DNA of 40,134 nucleotides from an uncultured Thermoleophilia bacterium. Its GTDB lineage: Bacteria; Actinomycetota; Thermoleophilia; Miltoncostaeales; Miltoncostaeaceae. The translations under genes and the position numbers were made by a program. Below, piece after piece: positions 16,935 to 23,361 of this stretch. Where the stretch lies: assembly GCA_947258365.1 (NCBI GenBank), contig CAMYIK010000001.1:1-40134 (forward strand). The letters are read 5' to 3'. The notes under the pieces were generated by a model. It made no database searches and was not told the origin of the DNA. It worked only from the letters and a program-made list of their open reading frames with translations. Each line of letters opens with the position of its first letter. The stretch's first letter is position 1.

Positions 16935-17674
16935 GAGTCGGCGCCAAGATCCGGGCGCTCGACCTCGACGTTCGCGCCGTAGTCGCTGAGCACAAGGAGC
17001 CAATTGCTCACGCCCTCGCCGGTATCGGCATCGAAGCGCGCCTCGACCACGCGGCCCGATGCCGCGTCAATCCAGAGGTCGATCGGCACTCTCTGGTCGA
17101 CCAAGCCCCCGGTGAGCACGGAGATGGGCTGTGCCTCGGCGATGCCGCGCAGGTGATACCGGTTGTCGTCGTCGGGCGCGGGCTCGAGGAGCTCGGCGCG
17201 GCGCAGGCCTGTGGCGAGCAGCGGGCTCCAGCCGAGGTCGGGCTTGAAGAGGCTCGCAGGGTCGAAGCTCAGGTCCTCGGGCGCGGGCTCCCACCGTCCC
17301 GTGGCCGGGTTGGTGATCCAGGTTGCGCCGTCGATGGCGACCGCCCCGACCTCCGTGGTGAGGCTGCCGGCGGTCACCGTGATCAGGGCATCGGCCGACG
17401 CGGGCGCGGCGAAGCGCCCCTCGGCGCGCTCGAAGGCCAGGCTGTCGCCGTCGTCGATGTAAACGACGGCCCCACTGCGCCCGATGCTGAAGCGCACCGT
17501 GTCGATATCCGACATGGCCTGTGCGGCCGCCGCCCGCACGGCGTCGACGTCTGCGGCAATCGCGGCTTTGCCGGGCTCGTCCGACGAGCAGGCGCCGACC
17601 AGCATGAAGGCAAGCAGCGCAACGGCGAGGAAGGGGAGTCGGCTGAGTGTGATCACGAGACCCCGGCACTCCAC
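16931..17674 (-). CDS. lprG: LppX/LprAFG-family lipoprotein (LprG-like)
   Basis: The 247-aa ORF has a signal peptide plus lipobox (LLAFMLVGAC). Its size and beta-rich sequence (DTVRFSI..., YHLRG..., WIDAASGRVVEA) fit the family. It lies directly upstream of and overlaps an MFS gene, as in the mycobacterial lprG-Rv1410c operon. Confidence 0.75.
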   Translation of the reverse strand: MECRGLVITLSRLPFLAVALLAFMLVGACSSDEPGKAAIAADVDAVRAAAAQAMSDIDTVRFSIGRSGAVVYIDDGDSLAFERAEGRFAAPASADALITVTAGSLTTEVGAVAIDGATWITNPATGRWEPAPEDLSFDPASLFKPDLGWSPLLATGLRRAELLEPAPDDDNRYHLRGIAEAQPISVLTGGLVDQRVPIDLWIDAASGRVVEARFDADTGEGVSNWLLVLSDYGANVEVERPDLGADS

Positions 17675-18161
17675 GGTCGCGAAGACTCCAGAATGCGGCC
17701 CAGGCTCGCCGCCAGTCGCAGCCGCATCATCGGCAGCGCTGCGGAGGCGCAGTGCGGTCTAGTACGGAGTGCGAGCTGCCGCGAGCCTCCCCACGTGCCG
17801 GGCTGGCCGATGCCGCCTCCGATCTCCTGTACGCGACAGGGGCGTTGACGACGACCACCGCGACGCTGGACACGCCCACCTTCGGGCCTCGCTCGGATCG
17901 ACTCGAATCGGTTCGTTCAGAGGCCGGCTCGTCGCCTACAGGGCGCCTGCCGAGCCGCTTTTCGACAGCTCCCCGTCGCCTCGAGCGCCGTTTCGAGTGA
18001 GCAGGCGCAGCCAATTTGCGGTCGTTGGAATCCCAGTTTTTCACCTCGCGCGCCGTCATCGACATCGAAGTGCTTCTACAGCCTGCTGCGGCACCGCCGA
18101 TACACGGTCGTCGCTCGAAACGGAAACGTTGCCCAAAGCCAGATGCGGTCGGGCAGGAAGC

Positions 18162-18290
18162 GCGCCTCACCGCGGCGACGAGCCGCTCGTAGAACTCGGC
18201 CTGGTTCACCAGACCGGTCAGAGCATCAGTGGCGGCCTGCCGTCTGAGCTGGTCGATGGTCTCCTGCTGCAATCTGGCGTTGCGTCTCAC
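18162..18290 (-). pseudogene. Relic of the linker and first helix of a GGDEF (diguanylate cyclase) domain
   Basis: Track ORF 17727..18365 reads RRNARLQQETIDQLRRQAATDALTGLVNQAEFYERLVAAVRR. The D-x-LTGL-x-N-r-x-x-F signature opens GGDEF domains (compare HVDALTGLANRSGIERAL in the 23362..25752 gene). The frame then degenerates into Arg/Ser-rich sequence with no GGDEF motif. The surrounding 750 bp (17675..18428) has no credible ORF. Confidence 0.45.
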
Positions 18291-18428
18291 TAGCACGGCC
18301 GGGTCCTGCGGATGAACGTGGCCCGCCCGCTCGCGCAACCAGAGCCGCGGCACAAAGACCGCCAACGACGTGGGCGGCTACGAGGAGCGATCGCATCAAC
18401 TCACGTTACGCACCATGGCCCGACCTCA

Positions 18429-19655
18429 ATGGCCGGACCGTTGGCGCCCACCCCGTCACCACGGGAGGCGCACTATCCTTCTGCGGTGAGCTCGACCGAC
18501 CGGATTCGCCCAAAGATCGCCTCGCGCGCTGACATCGCGCCGTTCTACGTGATGGAGGTCATGAAGGCCGCGGCGGAGCGCGAAGCTGCCACCGGTGACG
18601 TACTGCACCTGGAGGTGGGCCAGCCGTCCACCGGGGCCGCTGAGGGCGTGCTGAGCGAGGCTGAGAGGCTTCTGCGGTCCGGGCCCCTCGGCTACACCGA
18701 CGCGACCGGTGTACCGCCCCTGCGTGAACGCATCGCCGCCAGCTACATGGATCTCTATGGCGTGACGGTGGATGCGGCGAGCGTCATCGTCACCACCGGA
18801 GCGTCCGGAGCGTTCACCCTGGCCTTTCTCGCCTGTTTCGATGCCGGTGACCGCGTGGCGCTCCTCGAGCCCGGCTACCCTTGCTATCGCAACGCGCTCG
18901 AGGCCTTCGGCGTCGAGGTCGTCGGCCTGCCCGTGGGGCCGGAGACCCGCTTTCAGCCGACGTCCGAGATGCTGAACGCCGTCGAACCCCTGGATGGGCT
19001 GGTGCTCGCGAGCCCTGCCAACCCGACCGGCTCGGCGCTGACCGTCGAGGAGCTGCGGTCGATCTGCACGTGGTGCTCCCGTCGTGGCGTCCGCCTGATC
19101 GCCGACGAGATCTATCACCGCCTCACCTACGGCGACGCTGCCCCAACCGCGCTGGGGGCCTGGAGCGATGCCGTGGTGATCAACAGCTTCTCGAAGTACT
19201 ACTCGATGACCGGGTGGCGACTTGGCTGGATCGTGGCACCCGAGCCCCTGGTGGCTCCGATCGAGCACCTCGCGCAGAACCTGACGATCTCGCCTCCAAC
19301 GCTGAGCCAGCTGGTCGCGGTAAGTGCCTTCGAATGCACGGACGAGCTCGATTCTCATGTGCGCCGCTACGCCGCCAACCGGGACGTGCTGCTCGACGCG
19401 CTGCCTCAGGCGGGCATGCCGCTCCACGCTCCCGCGGACGGGGCCTTCTATGCCTACGCCGACATCTCGGCGCTTGCCGATGACTCTCAGGAGCTCTGCC
19501 GCGTTTGGCTCGATGAGATTGGCGTAGCCGCGACTCCGGGCATCGACTTCGACCCCAACCGCGGAGCGTCATGGGTGCGATTCTCCTTTGCCGGTTCGAC
19601 CGACGAGATCGCGGCGGCGGCGGAGCGACTGATCGATTGGTACCGCCGGCGCTGA
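18429..19655 (+). CDS. Class I/II PLP-dependent aminotransferase (AspC-like)
   Basis: The sequence contains FYVMEVMKAAAE, LEVGQPS, GYTDATGVPPLRERIA, the PLP-lysine motif NSFSKYYSMTGWRLGW, and VRFSFAGS. The start is set at ATG 18429 (MAGPLAP...). The track start 18312 adds an Arg-rich extension that overlaps the GGDEF-relic region. Confidence 0.85.
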   Translation: MAGPLAPTPSPREAHYPSAVSSTDRIRPKIASRADIAPFYVMEVMKAAAEREAATGDVLHLEVGQPSTGAAEGVLSEAERLLRSGPLGYTDATGVPPLRERIAASYMDLYGVTVDAASVIVTTGASGAFTLAFLACFDAGDRVALLEPGYPCYRNALEAFGVEVVGLPVGPETRFQPTSEMLNAVEPLDGLVLASPANPTGSALTVEELRSICTWCSRRGVRLIADEIYHRLTYGDAAPTALGAWSDAVVINSFSKYYSMTGWRLGWIVAPEPLVAPIEHLAQNLTISPPTLSQLVAVSAFECTDELDSHVRRYAANRDVLLDALPQAGMPLHAPADGAFYAYADISALADDSQELCRVWLDEIGVAATPGIDFDPNRGASWVRFSFAGSTDEIAAAAERLIDWYRRR

Positions 19656-19748
19656 GCAGCACGCGCGGGCAGTTTTACGGTCGTGCCCAGGACCGGCGTC
19701 TCGCGCCTTCGCAGCAGTGAGCCACACGCGGGATCATGAAGCGCGTCA

Positions 19749-20153
19749 TCAGTCACCTCCTCCGACGGTCGTGAGAACCGACCCTGAGTCGTCGGCGCAG
19801 TCCGAGCCGCAGCAGCCCTGCTGGCAGCCCTCAATCGCGTCGGCGAGACCTCTCAGCAGACCCGCCAGCGCCGAGTAGCGCACGCGATAACGCACGGACC
19901 GACCCGTCCGTTCCGCCGCCAACACTCCGGAATCGCGCAAGGCGGACAGGTGTCGCGACACGACCGAGATGTCGATCGGCAACTCGGTCGCGACCTCGCT
20001 GACACTCCGCGGCTCGTCGCAGCAGTGTGCGAGCCCGCTCAAGATCATCAGCCGATTGGGATCGGAAAGAGCCCGGAACAGATCGGGATCGAGCCGATCC
20101 TCGAGGTCACAGTCACAGTTCATGCGTTTATCATTGCACGTTTGCGCACTCAT
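19749..20153 (-). CDS. ArsR/SmtB-family metalloregulatory transcription repressor, Cys-rich at both termini
   Basis: The winged HTH is LFRALSDPNRLMILSGLA...RSVSEVATELPIDISVVSRHLSALRDSGVLAAERTGRSVRYRV. Candidate metal ligands are the N-terminal TCNDKRMNCDCD, an internal HCCDE, and the C-terminal GCQQGCCGSDCADD. The alternative start ATG 20123 (MNCDCD...) is possible. Confidence 0.85.
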   Translation of the reverse strand: MSAQTCNDKRMNCDCDLEDRLDPDLFRALSDPNRLMILSGLAHCCDEPRSVSEVATELPIDISVVSRHLSALRDSGVLAAERTGRSVRYRVRYSALAGLLRGLADAIEGCQQGCCGSDCADDSGSVLTTVGGGD

Positions 20154-20167
20154 GCAAGTGATATCGG

Positions 20168-20196
20168 AAAAAGAAGGCTCGCCGGAGCGAGCCTTC
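20168..20196 (-). terminator. Rho-independent terminator of the Lys-rich secreted protein gene
   Basis: On the minus strand the RNA reads GAAGGCUCGC-UCCG-GCGAGCCUUC, a perfect 10-bp stem, followed by UUUUU. It begins 23 nt after the stop at 20219. Confidence 0.8.
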
Positions 20197-20218
20197 CGGA
20201 GTCGAAGTCTGCGAGGGC

Positions 20219-21265
20219 CTAGGCGATCCCGAAGAACCTCTTGTATTCGTCACGCCACTCTGCGGCCTGGTCGCCGGCCTTCCAGACGCCAACTCCGCGC
20301 TTGAGTACGCGCTTGTTGTAGCCCTTCTTGGCGAGAGCCCAGTTGCAGGCCATCGGCGTCGCGCATCCCTTGGCGCCACGCGGCTTGGTCTTGGTGCCGT
20401 GCATCATGAAGTGCACGCGGTTGTTCTTGCCGCCGTTCCGCTTCATGTACGTGTCGAGTCGCTTGGCCGCGAACTTCCAGGTCTTGCTGCTGACGGCCTT
20501 ACCGTTGCCGTGGTACATCTGCAGCCAGACGCCGCCGCCCTGAGCAAGTGCTCCGGCTACGCCACGCATGCCGGGGCGAATGTTGAGCGTGCCCTTCTTG
20601 TTGAAGGTGAAGTGCTTGCCCTTGCCCTCTCCGACCAGGGTGACCAACGCGGGCGCGAGGTAGAAGTGGACCCGGTCGGCGTAGCTCTCGCCCTCGGTGC
20701 CCCACGGCATCGCGTCGAGCTCCCTCATGGCCTTGGTAAGGCGGGTGCCCGGGTGGTTCTTGCCCTGCTTCGGCGGAGCCTTGGCCTTGCCGATGATCAG
20801 CTTCCACCCGTTCTTGGTGAGCTTGATGCGGTTCTGGCACGCAATCTTGACGGTGCGTGCGCCGCGAATCGAGACCTTCTTGAAGCAGCGCCTGGCCTTT
20901 TTGTCACGGAACGCGTTGCCGACCTCGTCCACCATGACGATGTGCGACTCGCCGCCGAGGATGTCCTCGCCGCCGTCGATCTGCGTCTTGAGTGTCTCGA
21001 CCATCTTCGGGACGGTCATCTTGGCCAGTTGGTGCCCGTTGACCTTGGCCAGACGGTGATGGTCATAACCCTCACGAAAGACTCCGCCGGAGCCGGGGTC
21101 CTGGCGGAACAGCCCGTCCTCCGGACTCAGCGCCGTGCCACCTTCGAGGATCGTGCTCGCCGACTCTTCGTCTGAGTACACGATGGACATCGGGGCGGCG
21201 GTTGCAGCTGCAGCGGCGCCTCCGAGGATGATCGCCGCACCGAGCGCGGCAGCGCAGAACTTCAT
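20219..21265 (-). CDS. Secreted Lys-rich protein of unknown function
   Basis: The start is set at ATG 21265, preceded by GGAGGGG. From there: MKFCAAALGAAIILGGAAAAATAAP, a signal peptide. The mature protein is strikingly Lys-rich (KKARRCFKKVSIRG, KNGWKLIIGKAKAPPKQGKNHPG, KGKHFTFNKKGT, KTWKFAAKRLDTYMKRNGGKNN, HGTKTKPRGAKG) in an otherwise Arg-using genome. It has two Cys pairs. Alternating hydrophobic strands (HIVMVDEVGN, VHFYLAPALV, GVWLQMYHG, RVHFMMHG) hint at an alpha/beta barrel. I recognise no family. Confidence 0.6.
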   Translation of the reverse strand: MKFCAAALGAAIILGGAAAAATAAPMSIVYSDEESASTILEGGTALSPEDGLFRQDPGSGGVFREGYDHHRLAKVNGHQLAKMTVPKMVETLKTQIDGGEDILGGESHIVMVDEVGNAFRDKKARRCFKKVSIRGARTVKIACQNRIKLTKNGWKLIIGKAKAPPKQGKNHPGTRLTKAMRELDAMPWGTEGESYADRVHFYLAPALVTLVGEGKGKHFTFNKKGTLNIRPGMRGVAGALAQGGGVWLQMYHGNGKAVSSKTWKFAAKRLDTYMKRNGGKNNRVHFMMHGTKTKPRGAKGCATPMACNWALAKKGYNKRVLKRGVGVWKAGDQAAEWRDEYKRFFGIA

Positions 21266-21371
21266 GGCCCCTCCATGGGCTGTGAGTACTTCCGTGTTTG
21301 TTCTCGGCGCGGTGCCCCCGCCGCGGCACCATGGCCGGGAGTTTTCTCTATCAGCGAGGCATGAGAACAGC

Positions 21372-21398
21372 AAAAGGCGACTCAATGAGCCGCCTTTT
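21372..21398 (-). terminator. Rho-independent terminator downstream of ssrA (A-tract/T-tract on both sides, potentially bidirectional)
   Basis: On the minus strand the RNA reads AAAA-GGCGGCUC-AUU-GAGUCGCC-UUUU, an 8-bp stem including one G:U. It starts 12 nt after the tmRNA 3' end. Confidence 0.7.
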
Positions 21399-21409
21399 GT
21401 CGTAACCAG

Positions 21410-21780
21410 TGGACCCGGCCGGCACTGCCCCGGCGTCCGAAAGCGCTTATCGAGTTGTCTTCTCCGAGCGCAGCCGCTGGTGGAGTCTCGCGAGGGGCGT
21501 CACCTGCGGCCGACCCGCTCCCTCGCCAACCTCTCCTGTGTTTTAACCCGCTAACCGAGTGGTTTTGCTATCGGGCGAGAGCCGCTAGCTGACACCGGTG
21601 ATCCCCCTCACGGCTCGAAGAGGGGCCGATGACTCTCAGACCTGCTGTTTAGGCAGAGAGAGCGAGCTTAGGAGAGTTGGTCTCCGCAGCTACGTGTGTT
21701 CCCGGTTTTTGACGCGGTCCTCCGGGGTCCGCGGCTCGCTTAACAACTCGTCCCCGCTCCGTCGAAACTGGTTCGGGCCC
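21410..21780 (-). ncRNA. ssrA: Transfer-messenger RNA (tmRNA, SsrA)
   Basis: I read this by hand on the minus strand. The 5' end is GGGCCCGAACCAGUUUCGACGG (E. coli, from memory: GGGGCUGAUUCUGGAUUCGACGG). The 3' end is CUUUCGGAC-GCCGG-GGCAGUG-CCGGC-CGGGUCC-A. There is a 7-bp acceptor stem with a G3:U70 wobble, a P2 helix (CGAGUUGU / ACAACUCG), and a PK1 pseudoknot (CGCGG, CCCGG, CCGCG, CCGGG) just upstream of GUA-GCU. The tag frame at 21690..21649 is GCU GCG GAG ACC AAC UCU CCU AAG CUC GCU CUC UCU GCC UAA, giving AAETNSPKLALSA. smpB lies 4 kb upstream on the same strand and a terminator follows. Confidence 0.85.
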
Positions 21781-21820
21781 GTGCGCATAACGTAGCACCG
21801 CTCGCGTCTCAGCGTCCGCT

Positions 21821-22918
21821 TCAGCGGCTTGGTCGGTGCAAGAGCTCTCCGGAGACCTCGGAGAGGGTTCGGCACCCGCAGAGAGCCAGCGCGTTTTCCG
21901 TCTCAGCCACGAGCTGACCAAGCACCGTGGTCACACCCGCCTCCCCGCCGGCGGCAAGGCCGTAGGCGACCGGACGCCCCAGCAATATCGCCTGAGCGCC
22001 TCGAGCGAGCGCCTTGACCACGTCCGTGCCTCGGCGAATGCCACCGTCCAGATAGACCTCTGCCCTACCTGCCACAGCTTCGATGATCGCCGGAAGCGCA
22101 TCGATGGTCGCGATGGCCGTATCCAGCTGTCGACCGCCATGGTTCGACACGATGACTCCGGAGACCCCGTGCTCGATGGCCAGGTCCGCGTCGGCAGGCG
22201 ACAGAACGCCCTTGACGAGTAGGGGGAGATCCCAGCGGCTTACCCACTCGGCGATATCGGACCAGCCAAGGTCGAGCTTCATCATCTCGGTCGTCTGTGC
22301 CGGAGTCGGTGACCCGGCGGCGGCGGACTTCTCAGGAATACACGGCAGACCGAGCTGTGCCGGCAGGCTGAACGGCTCATGCAGCTCCCGCTCCCGAACT
22401 CCGTAGGGAGGCAGATCCACCGTCACGACCACAGCTCGATAGCCCGACGCCTTCGCGCGGGCGATCATCTCGTCGTTCAGGCCTTGATCGGCCATCGGGT
22501 AGAGCTGGAACCACCGCACCCCGTCGCCACTGGCCGCGGCGACATCCTCGATGCTGGTGTTCGCCAGTGTGGACAGGCACATGCCCAGCCCAAGGCTTGC
22601 CGCGGCAGCAGCCGTCGCCGCTTCTCCGCGCGCGTGAAACGCGCCCTGATAGGCGAAGGGCGCCACCATGATCGGCGCGCTGAGCGGAGCGCCGAGAACG
22701 GAGGCCGAGGGGTCGATCCCCGAGGCGGTGGCGTGAAGCACGCGCGGCACCAAACGTAGGCGACTAAACGCGTCGTAGTTGTCGCAAAGAGTTCGCTCGT
22801 CTCCGGCGCCGCCGGCGATGTAGCCGAAGGTCGCAGCGTCGAGAGCTTCCTTGGCGAGAGGCTCCCAAGCGCGGAGATTGGTCGGCATGCCCGGACCCGG
22901 GCGGTGGAGATCAGACAT
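21821..22918 (-). CDS. FMN-dependent alpha-hydroxy-acid dehydrogenase/oxidase (L-lactate / glycolate oxidase family)
   Basis: The 365-aa ORF contains FGYIAGGAGDERTLCDNYDAFSRLRLVPRVL, WFQLY, VTVD, LLVKGV, IVSNHGGRQLD and DGGIRRGTDVVKALARGA. Confidence 0.88.
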   Translation of the reverse strand: MSDLHRPGPGMPTNLRAWEPLAKEALDAATFGYIAGGAGDERTLCDNYDAFSRLRLVPRVLHATASGIDPSASVLGAPLSAPIMVAPFAYQGAFHARGEAATAAAAASLGLGMCLSTLANTSIEDVAAASGDGVRWFQLYPMADQGLNDEMIARAKASGYRAVVVTVDLPPYGVRERELHEPFSLPAQLGLPCIPEKSAAAGSPTPAQTTEMMKLDLGWSDIAEWVSRWDLPLLVKGVLSPADADLAIEHGVSGVIVSNHGGRQLDTAIATIDALPAIIEAVAGRAEVYLDGGIRRGTDVVKALARGAQAILLGRPVAYGLAAGGEAGVTTVLGQLVAETENALALCGCRTLSEVSGELLHRPSR

Positions 22919-23014
22919 ATGAGTCGGCAGAGGAAGTCGCGATCAGCGTATCGGCTGCGCGTCGCGCCGATCCGCCGGTATGAGAATCGGCGGGTGACGC
23001 CATACGAGCCCATC

Positions 23015-23335
23015 GATTGATTCGGCAGAAAGCGGGCGTGAGATGAGGAAGCCCTGCACGCGCTCTACACCGATCGCACGAACTTATCCGGCTGTGCGCT
23101 GGTCTCGACGCCCTCGGCTACGACAAAGGAGCGATCGATCTTGACCTCGGGCGACGAACGACAGCAGGCGCAGATGAGCCAACGAGGAACGCCCGGTGCC
23201 GAAATCGTCCACCGAAAGGCGCACTCCAAGCGACGCAAGCTCCTCGAGACGGGGGACGCACTCCTTGAGGTGTTCCACGAGGGCGTCCTCCGGGATCTCG
23301 AATACCAGCTGCCGCGGAGACAGGTGGTGTGCGCG
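23015..23335 (-). pseudogene. Decayed 3' half of a third EAL-domain gene, paralogous to the two flanking GGDEF-EAL genes
   Basis: Track ORF 23084..23365 gives QLVFEIPEDALVEHLKECVPRLEELASLGVRLSVDDFGTGRSSLAHLRLLSFVA. This closely matches SQICFELSEDALVEHLQECVPVLKRLVALGVELSVDDFGTGRSSLAHLRLLSFVS in the 26446 gene. A 1-nt insertion (gcc-c-gag) then shifts the frame. My translation continues EVKIDRSFV-VAEGVETSAQPDKFVRS, with an in-frame loss of about 26 residues relative to the paralogs. After a second shift it reads GVERVQGFLISRPLSAESID. Everything upstream of the EAL mid-domain is missing. Confidence 0.75.
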
Positions 23336-23361
23336 TGAACCGAGTGACGCTGCGGCGGATT

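Noticed and set aside
17675-21409. Possibility that the segment downstream of ssrA is an integrated genomic island, since tmRNA genes are common integration sites
   Set aside because: I found no integrase or recombinase gene, no direct repeat of the ssrA 3' end at lower coordinates, and no phage or transfer genes. Only compositional oddity (the Lys-rich gene) and gene relics point that way. I leave it as an untested idea, not a call.
21478-21485. Internal CTCCACCA on the minus strand, which looks like a canonical tmRNA 3' terminus
   Set aside because: The preceding bases cannot pair with the 5' end GGGCCCG, and no T-arm of correct geometry precedes it. The site lies in the pseudoknot-rich body. 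The true acceptor stem, with G3:U70, closes at 21411..21417.
21649-21921. 90-aa minus-strand ORF ending ...KPGTHVAAETNSPKLALSA
   Set aside because: It is not a protein gene. Its 3' end is the tag reading frame of the tmRNA, and the rest runs through the tRNA-like 5' domain, PK1 and the end of the upstream oxidase gene.
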